64,000 bases of DNA from an uncultured delta proteobacterium (GTDB lineage: Bacteria; Desulfobacterota; Desulfobacteria; Desulfobacterales; JAHEIW01), in assembly GCA_963706575.1 (NCBI GenBank), contig CAVPNL010000015.1, positions 128,001-192,000 on the forward strand, written 5' to 3'. A program made the position numbers and the translations under genes. The notes below the pieces were generated by a model. It was not told where the DNA came from, searched no databases, and saw only the letters and a list, made by a program, of their open reading frames with translations. Within the stretch, counting starts at the first letter, position 1, and each line of letters begins with the position of its first letter. Of the stretch, positions 38,799 to 47,406 are shown one piece after another.

Positions 38799-40154
38799 CT
38801 ATCCACTATCTCCATTAAGCCGTTGGGCGATGGTGCGGGCAGCAAGAATGCCGGAGGCAGAAGCCTGGATCAATCCCCGGGTGATGCCGGCTCCATCACC
38901 TATGGCAAACAAATTCTTCACACCGGTTTCCAATTCCGGAGACAATTCAATGCGGTTGGAATAAAATTTTACTTCAACGCCGTATAGGAGCGTATGGCGC
39001 GAATATACGCCCGGTGCTATTTTTTCGAGTGCCTGAAGCATTTCAATGATGCTTTGAAGGTGTCGGTAAGGAAACACAAAACTTAAATCACCGGGGGTGG
39101 CCTCAGGAAGCGTTGGCCGTGTCAGACACCGATTGATGCGTTCAGGCGTGCTGCGCCGCCCGGCCAGCAGATCTCCCAGCCGCTGGACAATGGGCCCATT
39201 GCCCAAAAGATTTGCCAGCCTGGCAATGTACAATCCATAGCCAATGGGGTCGTCAAAGGGTTCCGTAAATGCGCTGCTGACCAAAATGGCGAAATTGGTA
39301 TTTTCACTTTTTTTCCTGGCATAGCTGTGGCCGTTGACTGTAACAACCTCCTTGGTTTTTTCAATGACGACCTCACCATAAGGGTTCATACAGAATGTGC
39401 GCACCTTTTCGTCGAATGTTTTAGAGTAATAAATCAGTTTCGATTCGTAGATAATATCGGTAATTTCCTTTAAGACCGCGGCCGGCAATTCCACCCGAAC
39501 GCCGATGTCCACCGGGCTGGCCTGGGTATTAAGCCCCAGGGATTCTGCTTCCTTTTTCATCCAGCCGGCTCCCGAGCGCCCCGGTGCGGCAACGACAAAT
39601 TGACTCGTAAGGGTCTCGCCGCTTTCCAATTTGACGCCCTGGATCCGGCCGTTTTCAGCCAGAAGACTTTCAACCGGACAGCTGGTGCGGGTTTCGACGC
39701 GATCCACCATCGATTGGCGCAATCGATCTAAGACCACCTGACAGTTCTCTGTTCCGATATGCCGGATGCGCGACGGGATTAAGTCCAAATTGGCCAGACG
39801 GGCCCGGTCGGCCAGATCTTCCAGTTTGGGTGATGGCTCGCCAAATACAACTTCAGGCGCACCGTGTTTTACCCAGATTTCATCTGAGGTTTGCAGGATC
39901 TGATTGAGCGAATCCGGCTCCAGGTACTCCCCCAGCAGCCCCCCGACCTCGGACGATAACGTCAATTTGCCGTCGCTATAGGCGCCGGCCCCTCCCCATC
40001 CGCAAAGCATATCATTCGAATTGCGGCGTTTGCGCTCACTGAGATCTTTGCCGAGTTCGAGCAGAAGAATCGGCTTAATCCCCTGATCGGCCAGGGTTAA
40101 GGCCGAAAAAATCCCGGCGGGGCCTGCCCCGACGATGATGACTTTGTAGTCCAT
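38799..40154 (-). CDS. Uncharacterised FAD/NAD(P)-dependent oxidoreductase
   Basis: IIVGAGPAG, GWGGAGAYSDGKL, RHIGT, VRTFCMNPYG, VNGHS, YGVEVKFYS and IGDGAGITRG motifs. Confidence 0.92.
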   Translation of the reverse strand: MDYKVIIVGAGPAGIFSALTLADQGIKPILLLELGKDLSERKRRNSNDMLCGWGGAGAYSDGKLTLSSEVGGLLGEYLEPDSLNQILQTSDEIWVKHGAPEVVFGEPSPKLEDLADRARLANLDLIPSRIRHIGTENCQVVLDRLRQSMVDRVETRTSCPVESLLAENGRIQGVKLESGETLTSQFVVAAPGRSGAGWMKKEAESLGLNTQASPVDIGVRVELPAAVLKEITDIIYESKLIYYSKTFDEKVRTFCMNPYGEVVIEKTKEVVTVNGHSYARKKSENTNFAILVSSAFTEPFDDPIGYGLYIARLANLLGNGPIVQRLGDLLAGRRSTPERINRCLTRPTLPEATPGDLSFVFPYRHLQSIIEMLQALEKIAPGVYSRHTLLYGVEVKFYSNRIELSPELETGVKNLFAIGDGAGITRGLIQASASGILAARTIAQRLNGDSG

Positions 40155-40191
40155 GGACTCCTCCCAGTTAAAGTCGATTATATTTTAAATA

Positions 40192-40388
40192 AGGTTTCGG
40201 GTTCTGAAATTTCGCTTCTGACCACTGGCCCTTTGGTTTGTTCGATTCGTTAATTGGTCGAATTGTCAAATAGTTTAAAATGATTGAATCCACTGACAAG
40301 TTGACTATTCAACTAATCAACTATTTAACTATTTCCTCTAACCTTTGAACCTTGAACCTTGAACCTATGAACCTATGAACTATGAACC
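40192..40388. repeat. Nested inverted tandem-repeat element (TGAACC(T) and CAACTA units) overlapping the pepF stop
   Basis: TTGAACCTTGAACCTTGAACCTATGAACCTATGAACTATGAACC; GACTATTCAACTAATCAACTATTTAACTA. Confidence 0.75.
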
Positions 40389-42197
40389 AAGCGCCTGATA
40401 GGCATCCATGAGCCGATCTACCAGGTCAGAAAAATACTGGATCGCCCGCTGAATCGGTTCCGGGGACCGCATATCAACGCCGGCATCAGCAAGTTCGTCA
40501 AGCGGAAATTTGCTGCCGCCCAGCTTTAAAAAATTTAAATATGCATCCCTGACGGATGCGCCTTCATTCACAACCTTATCGGCAAGCGCAATGGACGCTG
40601 AGATTCCGGTTGCATATTTATAGACGTAAAAAGCAGAATAGAAATGGGGAATTCTTAGGCATTCCAGACTTAGTGCCGGGTCCAGGACCAATGTATCGCC
40701 AAAGTAGGTTTGCAGCAGTTCGCGGTATGTACCGGTTATGACATCAAGGGTTAGCGGTGAATTGTCTTCAACGATACGGTGGGTGATCTTTTCAAATTCA
40801 GCGAACATGGTTTGCCTGAAAAGCGTGGCGCGTATATTGTCGATTTCCCGGTTTAGAATGTATGCCGTTTTGGCTGGATCGTTTTTGTAATGGTCCAGAA
40901 GATATCGACTCAGCAAGTTCTCATTAAAAGTAGAGGCGACCTCAGCGACAAAAATCGTGTAGTCATGATCCACATAGGGCTGATGTTTATTGGAATAAAA
41001 TGAGTGCATGGAATGACCGCCTTCATGCAACAGCGTATAAACGCTGTTGATATTCTGCGATTCATAATTCAGCAGAATATAGGGCGGTGAATCGTAGCTC
41101 CCCGCAGAATAGGCGCCACTTCGTTTTCCCCGGTTTTCATAGCGGTCCACCCACCCGCCGAGCAGGCCTTCCTGTAATATTTTTGAATATTCATCTCCCA
41201 GCGGACGCATGGCCTGGACGCCCATATCGACCGCCGCCTCGTAAGGGATGTCAAATGTAACATCACTGACGACCGGCACATAGGTATCATAAAAGTGAAG
41301 GTCCGATAAAGCAAGCGCCTGTTTACGAAAATTCAGATATTTGAAAAGCGGCGCCAGGTTACTTTTCACCGTTTCGATGAGGTTGTCGTAAACGCTCTCC
41401 GGGATGCGGTCGGCAAACAATGCGGATGCCCTGCAATTGTCGAAATGGCGAACTCTGGCATAAAACAGGTCTTTTTTAATGGCATGCAACAGGGTTGCCG
41501 CAAGTGTGTGTTTATGATTTTCGTAAGCCTGATAATATTGAAAAAATGACTTCCGGCGTATATCTCTGTTCGGGTTGATTAAAAACGTGCTAAAATTTCC
41601 ATGGCTTAATTCGATTTTTTTTCCGTCCTCACCTTCCAGGCTGCCGAAATTCAAATCAACATTATCCAATTGCCCGAATACCTGAGTCGGTGCATTGGCT
41701 ATCTCCTGGCTCATGGCCAGAACGTGCTCAACAGTTTCGCTGCGCGTGTGGGGTTTATATCGCAGGATTTTTTCAAGAAAGAATTTATATTCCGCAAGTG
41801 AATCATCGGACAGAAATGAATTCATTTGGTCATCCGGTATCGACTGAATCTCTGGGGTCACGAAGCTTGCAGATTCCGAAACCCGGGTATGTAAACTCAC
41901 GGCACGTTGATGAAGCCCCAGGTAAAATTGATTTGATTTGTCTTCATCACTTTTTAAATGTGCATAAGTGTAAATGCTTTCCATTTTACGTGTGAGTGAC
42001 AGATGAAAATCAAGGGCCTCCTTAAAAACGCCAACTGAATCCTTCAATCGACCCTTATAATCAGCATACAAATCGATACGGCTTTCAACCGCGGCAATCC
42101 CTTTTTCCCAATCTTCATTTGAGCGAAATAATGGTCTCAGATCCCACTTGTGTTCATCGGAGATATCTTTCCTCTCCGGAATTGTCCGCTCTGCCAT
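40380..42197 (-). CDS. pepF: Oligoendopeptidase F (M3B)
   Basis: KWDL, GKRSGAYS, TLLHEGGHSMH, FVAEVASTFNE and IPHFYSAFYVYKYATG motifs. Confidence 0.96.
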   Translation of the reverse strand: MAERTIPERKDISDEHKWDLRPLFRSNEDWEKGIAAVESRIDLYADYKGRLKDSVGVFKEALDFHLSLTRKMESIYTYAHLKSDEDKSNQFYLGLHQRAVSLHTRVSESASFVTPEIQSIPDDQMNSFLSDDSLAEYKFFLEKILRYKPHTRSETVEHVLAMSQEIANAPTQVFGQLDNVDLNFGSLEGEDGKKIELSHGNFSTFLINPNRDIRRKSFFQYYQAYENHKHTLAATLLHAIKKDLFYARVRHFDNCRASALFADRIPESVYDNLIETVKSNLAPLFKYLNFRKQALALSDLHFYDTYVPVVSDVTFDIPYEAAVDMGVQAMRPLGDEYSKILQEGLLGGWVDRYENRGKRSGAYSAGSYDSPPYILLNYESQNINSVYTLLHEGGHSMHSFYSNKHQPYVDHDYTIFVAEVASTFNENLLSRYLLDHYKNDPAKTAYILNREIDNIRATLFRQTMFAEFEKITHRIVEDNSPLTLDVITGTYRELLQTYFGDTLVLDPALSLECLRIPHFYSAFYVYKYATGISASIALADKVVNEGASVRDAYLNFLKLGGSKFPLDELADAGVDMRSPEPIQRAIQYFSDLVDRLMDAYQALGS

Positions 42198-42426
42198 TTC
42201 AGAATTCCTTTCGCCACAGAAGTGAAGAATAACACTACCAAAGTAAAAACTAAATGGCGAATTGCAAACGATTAAACCGCCATGTTTGAAAAATAGGTAA
42301 AACCCAATGTTTCAGAAGCCTTGAAATCCGCATCGTCCGTTTTTTGTTTTCGATAGCGCCAAGCCAAAATTTATATATGATTTCAGTAGTTTTTATTTAT
42401 TAAAAAATGCAGGCTATTGTAATATT

Positions 42427-45207
42427 TTGACAATCTCAAGTAAATTCAATATAATTATACGAAAATATAGATTATTTTTGCTGTCATCCCATCCAAATAA
42501 AAAATTGGAACCAAAAGCCTTAAAATTGAACTATCGCTCGGCCGAGCGATTCAGTAAAGACTATGCCCTGCTAAAAAGCGGGAGGATATTTCTGCCATCC
42601 AAAACCCTCCCTGCCTTAAAAACCGCCCTGACTTTAAATTTCACCGTCCCAGGAATCGACAACGTATTCACAGTCGAGGGGGTGGTTGAGAAAACCATCG
42701 ATGAGGAAGCGGCCGCCATACTCAATAAACCGACGGGTATAGTGCTCGCGGTGGTAGATGAACTGGATGTGTTTTTAAATAAATTGAACGCGGTGTTGTG
42801 CAGACACATCGAGTATCAGATATTGCTGGGATTGATGCCACCTGAGGAATCCGACACATCTGCTGTCGATATGCACCCGGTTTCACACCAAGCCGATAGC
42901 GAATTGAATGACCTGGATGAAGCCGAGTTCGAAGATGCCGGCGAGGCTAAACTGTCCCTGGATTGGCTGCGGAAAGCAGTCGCACAGGAAAAGGTTGTCA
43001 AAGAGGATGTGCCGCCACTTGAACTCACAGTTGCGCCGACCGCTGAGAAAAAGGATCTAACCCCGGAAGAACGAACAAAGGTAAAGCCCTCCGGTGAGTT
43101 TCTCATGGATCTAACCAAAGCGATGCTTCGAAGCGGCTACTATTCTGCGGAACATCCCGGTTCTGAAGGCGCCAAGCAGGGTTTATTTGAAAAGTTTCAA
43201 AGCTGTCTGGGCGAATCCAGACAGATCGAGATCACCAAGCAGGAAACCCGCCAAAAAGCAGATATCCTGATTACCGGAATTCTTGAGGAACCGGTTAATG
43301 TGCGAACACTCGTCGGGACGGGTATGGCTGAATTATTTCTTCCCAAGTTGACAGAATATTTCAAGCGCAAAGCGCTGGTAAGCTTCGCCATCAAAAATGA
43401 TATCACCCTGGAGCATTTCGAAAGCTTTGTGGATATCATGAGCGATCCCAAGGCCGACAGTGGTGAGGGCACTAAAATTGGCCAGTTGCTGTCCACGGCT
43501 CTGGTTGAACATGGGATTACCGAAATATCCACGGTTTTTATGGACGACCTGATCATGCTGGAATTAAACCTTCCCTGGCGGGTCGAAATGGCGATTCAAC
43601 GCCTGGCTAAAGATCTTAAAATGCTGCCCATGTTTCAGGGTGGTTCCGATGAAAATATCCGGACCTTAAAACTTCAAATTATCCAGGATATCATCCGTCC
43701 CCTCAGGCACCCCGAGTTTCTGAAAGACCTGGTCATCAATTGTTACATCATCGCCGAACATGTGGATGGCATTGAGAAGGAAGACATCGAGCAAGTTATT
43801 ATCGAATCTTTTCCCTTAGACACCCTGTTGCCCACTTCCAAGTTCATTTTTGCCGAACTCAATGACTTGCGGGAAAAGCATGCGCAAGATTTGGACAATC
43901 CGACTTTGGTCAGGCGGGTTGAGGGCGCCAAACGAATTCTTAAATGGGTCGTCAGTCGATTGGTAAAGGAGGATGTCAGCGGGGCGCAAAGCTTCCTTGA
44001 AGAACTCTATTTAAATGAAATCCTCACTTTTGAAGAACTGCCGCCGGATGTTCAATATCTGGTAAATACCTTGGTAATGACCAGAGATGCACAGGCCCAC
44101 CTTTCGGCCTATGTTCGCAGACTCCTGGGTGCTGAAACAACCGCCGATGCGGTGCTTCTGGTAAAATTTTGCCGAAGAATCTTTCCGACGCTTTTTGAAG
44201 ATAACGACTGGAAAATTGCCCTTTTGCTAACCCGGGCAGCGGATAGAGCCGGCAAAGAAAATCAGGCCTTTAAAAAAGACAGCAGCCTATCACCCACTCC
44301 GCAAAGATTTATTTACAAGAATTTGACTGAGGAGCTGGTGACTGCATATGAAAACGCAGAAGACGCCGAACGTAAAATTATTGATCAAATCGCCGGCTTA
44401 CTGGGACCTCAGGGAATTGAGATTTTAAGCAGAGTTCTCAGCGAGTGTGAAGATCGCCAGGCTCGCAAATTCGCAACCGATGCCCTCATCCAGCAGGGCG
44501 AGATGGCCCGTCTCTGGGTTCTCAAAGCTTTGGGCAATCCTGACCAGCCCTGGTATTTATTACGTAACACCCTGATGATTCTCAGATTTGTAGGCAAAGG
44601 TGAAAAAGGAATCGAGCGGGCGCGTCAATTTATATCACATGAACACCCCCGTGTGAGGGACGAGGCCTTACATACCTTCCTGACTTTAAAGGCCCCTGAT
44701 GCCGAACAAATCGTCATCGACGCACTAGAGGATCCCGATGACAAAGTTCAATGGCGGGCGACAGCCGCATTGAGTGAACTCGCCCCGCTATCAGAAACTT
44801 CTGTAGCCAAAATCATTCAAATGATCAAGGCCGAAATTCCGGAGGAAGAAGAAGCCGCAGCACAGCACAGCCGTAAAATATGTAATATCATCAGAACCCT
44901 GGGGACCGTAATCAATATTAAAAACATCCAAGGCGTCGAAGAATCTCTGATAAAAATCTCCCAGATGATCAACGGAAGAAATAAAGGATTTCTTAAACGG
45001 CTAAAAAAATCTTCCTCCCCGCATCATACCGCTATTCTATCAGCTGCCATCGCCACCCTGGGTAAAATTGGCACAGTCAATTCCGAAGCGTTTCTCAAAA
45101 AAATGGCAGGCACAAAGACAGCACAGGCAGAAGCCGCCCGCAAAGCAATCGAAGGCATCCGCCAGCGTTATGCCAAACAGCAGGACGGTGAGCCTGCCGC
45201 ATCCTAA
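42427..45207 (+). CDS. Large protein with N-terminal PilZ-like domain and C-terminal HEAT repeats (start uncertain)
   Basis: C-terminal WYLLRN, HEHPRVRDEAL and LEDPDDKVQWRA HEAT repeats; N-terminal LKLNYRSAERF..GRIFLPS..LTLNFTVPG..VEGVV. Confidence 0.75.
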   Translation: MTISSKFNIIIRKYRLFLLSSHPNKKLEPKALKLNYRSAERFSKDYALLKSGRIFLPSKTLPALKTALTLNFTVPGIDNVFTVEGVVEKTIDEEAAAILNKPTGIVLAVVDELDVFLNKLNAVLCRHIEYQILLGLMPPEESDTSAVDMHPVSHQADSELNDLDEAEFEDAGEAKLSLDWLRKAVAQEKVVKEDVPPLELTVAPTAEKKDLTPEERTKVKPSGEFLMDLTKAMLRSGYYSAEHPGSEGAKQGLFEKFQSCLGESRQIEITKQETRQKADILITGILEEPVNVRTLVGTGMAELFLPKLTEYFKRKALVSFAIKNDITLEHFESFVDIMSDPKADSGEGTKIGQLLSTALVEHGITEISTVFMDDLIMLELNLPWRVEMAIQRLAKDLKMLPMFQGGSDENIRTLKLQIIQDIIRPLRHPEFLKDLVINCYIIAEHVDGIEKEDIEQVIIESFPLDTLLPTSKFIFAELNDLREKHAQDLDNPTLVRRVEGAKRILKWVVSRLVKEDVSGAQSFLEELYLNEILTFEELPPDVQYLVNTLVMTRDAQAHLSAYVRRLLGAETTADAVLLVKFCRRIFPTLFEDNDWKIALLLTRAADRAGKENQAFKKDSSLSPTPQRFIYKNLTEELVTAYENAEDAERKIIDQIAGLLGPQGIEILSRVLSECEDRQARKFATDALIQQGEMARLWVLKALGNPDQPWYLLRNTLMILRFVGKGEKGIERARQFISHEHPRVRDEALHTFLTLKAPDAEQIVIDALEDPDDKVQWRATAALSELAPLSETSVAKIIQMIKAEIPEEEEAAAQHSRKICNIIRTLGTVINIKNIQGVEESLIKISQMINGRNKGFLKRLKKSSSPHHTAILSAAIATLGKIGTVNSEAFLKKMAGTKTAQAEAARKAIEGIRQRYAKQQDGEPAAS

Positions 45208-45267
45208 TGTCCGATTTGCTATTCTGGTTTATTTTCCACCAATTAAATTGTTGAACAGGAATTTATA

Positions 45268-45357
45268 CTCGTCCTCGTCCTCGTCGTCGTACTCGTAATC
45301 GATAAATCAAACACTCGCGAAACCCTGTCTCGAGGACGAGGACGAGAACGAGGACGA
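45268..45357. repeat. Inverted hexamer tandem-repeat element (CTCGTC / GACGAG)
   Basis: CTCGTCCTCGTCCTCGTCGTCGTACTCGTA ... CGAGGACGAGGACGAGAACGAGGACGA between convergent genes. Confidence 0.85.
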
Positions 45358-45427
45358 TGTGCTCATAAAAGATATGAATTAATTTATGCTTTCTTAACGG
45401 ACTCAACGGGCCAACCGGCAAGCCGCT

Positions 45428-46339
45428 TTACCCGGACTTGCGCATTTTTTTTGCGTAAGTTGCGGCTGCAATGCCGGCGACGCAACCTTCACCCACCGCC
45501 TTGGCCATTTGCCAGGGAGGGCCGCAGATATCACCGGCAGCAAAAACGCCCGGCACGTTGGTTTCCATTTTTTTGTTGGTTGCGATATATTTCATTTCAT
45601 CGTCAAATTGGATCCCGATATGGGTCGCCAGTTCCATAACGCCCCTGGCACCCAGTTCGATAAAAACGCCTGCCACAGGTATTTTTGACCCATCATCCAA
45701 AATAATCTCCTTAACACCGGTATCTCCGGAAATCTCTTTTACTTTTGTTTTTTCACGAATCACCACACTGCTTTTTTTCAGTTCTATGGCCAGTGTATCG
45801 GAGATGTCCAATTTCTCACAGATCAGGTTTACGGTTTTGGCATAGTTCAGCAATGTCAGCGCTCCGCTTACAGCAGCACTGGCTCCACCGATAACCACGA
45901 CATCTTCTCCTTTAAAAAAATTGGCATCGCATTCCACGCAATAACTGACCCCGCGGCCCAAAAATTCCTTTTCACCGGGAGCACCTAATTTGTTGCGGGC
46001 CGCACCGGTGGCGACGATAAGCGAACGGCAAGTAAGTTCTGTTCCACTCTCGGAAATAATTTTAAACTGCTGCCCATCAGGCAATATGTTCAAAACATCT
46101 TCGTCAAGTAAATCGGCACCAAAATTAGCAGCTTGCTGTCGACCGACATTCAGCATTTCCTCACCGGTGATATTGAAAATGCAGCAAAAATTTTCAACAT
46201 GGGCATGAAACAGGCTGCTTTTGGTCTCCTTGCCCAATACCAGCACGGAAACTTTTTTACGGGCGGCATGAATCGCCGCCTGTAATCCGGCCGGTCCGGT
46301 GCCCAGAATGATGACATCGTAGTCTTTTTTCTCTGGCAT
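45428..46339 (-). CDS. Thioredoxin reductase-like pyridine nucleotide-disulfide oxidoreductase
   Basis: GTGPAG, IVATGA, GRGVSYCVECD (CxxC), VIGGA and TNVPGVFAAGD motifs. Confidence 0.9.
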   Translation of the reverse strand: MPEKKDYDVIILGTGPAGLQAAIHAARKKVSVLVLGKETKSSLFHAHVENFCCIFNITGEEMLNVGRQQAANFGADLLDEDVLNILPDGQQFKIISESGTELTCRSLIVATGAARNKLGAPGEKEFLGRGVSYCVECDANFFKGEDVVVIGGASAAVSGALTLLNYAKTVNLICEKLDISDTLAIELKKSSVVIREKTKVKEISGDTGVKEIILDDGSKIPVAGVFIELGARGVMELATHIGIQFDDEMKYIATNKKMETNVPGVFAAGDICGPPWQMAKAVGEGCVAGIAAATYAKKMRKSG

Positions 46340-46353
46340 ATATCACTCCTAGT

Positions 46354-46480
46354 CAAAGGTTCAAGGGTTCAGAGGACTTGTTAGATTAGTTTTATTAGTT
46401 TCATTGGTTGAATTGGTTGGCTTAAAACCGAACCAATTGAACGAATTAAACCAATCAAACCAATTAAACAGTTGAAACAC
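46354..46480. repeat. Second copy of the 21013-21159 nested repeat element
   Basis: Shared ATTGGTTGGCTTAAA(A)CCGAACCAATTGAACGAATTAAACCAAT core and GGTTCA outer arm. Confidence 0.85.
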
Positions 46481-46498
46481 TAGCTGACTTGCTGACAC

Positions 46499-47152
46499 CT
46501 ATTTATTTAGCTGTTTTAGGGCCTCAACCGCCAGGATTTTCTTCTTTATGCGCGGCGGATAAAGCTTCTCGACTTTGCTGGTCTTATAGTCAAAGCGGTT
46601 GATGTAAGGCCGGCGAATGGGGCTTCCGTAAACACTGATCATAATCGTTGTGCCGTCAACCGGGTTTCCCGTTTGATGAATGCCTTCGTTTAACGGATGC
46701 GTCAGTTCGATCTCTCCGGGCTGCAGATAAACCGGGGCCGCCTGCAGTAATTGGGCGAATCCTTCAACGCTGCCGTCGTCTTCGCGTACGTAGCGAATCA
46801 CCCCCAGTTCTCCGACCGCCGTGCCCGAGACTCCCCAGGAAGAATGATCATGAATCGGGGTGTAGTCCCCTGGGCCGTATAGAAACATGCGAAGGGAGAA
46901 AAGGCGCTTTGGATTTAGATACAGCAGAATTTCATCATCGATCATCTGGGCCTGGCGCAAATCCGGGTAAGGGCTGCCGGCTTTGATATTTTTTAGCAGT
47001 TCCTCAAATACCGCTTGCTTCCGCAGAAAATCCGCCAGTTCGTTTTGAAAAAATTCCATACGCGCCGCATCCCCGGAAATATTTTCAATGGATTGAGACC
47101 ATCGATTGCAGATTTTCAGCAGCTCAATAGGCGGCTTCGGTGGTCTCGGCAT
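46499..47152 (-). CDS. Cysteine/thiol dioxygenase-like cupin
   Basis: TPIHDHSSWG ... GIH ... SVYGSP (3-His cupin pattern). Confidence 0.75.
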   Translation of the reverse strand: MPRPPKPPIELLKICNRWSQSIENISGDAARMEFFQNELADFLRKQAVFEELLKNIKAGSPYPDLRQAQMIDDEILLYLNPKRLFSLRMFLYGPGDYTPIHDHSSWGVSGTAVGELGVIRYVREDDGSVEGFAQLLQAAPVYLQPGEIELTHPLNEGIHQTGNPVDGTTIMISVYGSPIRRPYINRFDYKTSKVEKLYPPRIKKKILAVEALKQLNK

Positions 47153-47406
47153 CAGTGATTATCTCCCAAATTATTGGTGATTTATTAGAAAAATTATACC
47201 CTGCAATGGCGCCGCGAGCGCTGCGCTTAAAGAGCGTTTCACTTGAAGAGCGCTTCGCTCGATGTATCCACAACTTAGACTCTAACCTCAATCCGCCGAA
47301 GGCGGAGCTCCTCAAGGCTCGAAGAGCCGCTCCTAAAGGCCTGAAAGGCCGCTCCTCTAGTTCCACCGGAAGGGTGGAGACGCTCGTCCATCGAAAAGAT
47401 GGGCAT

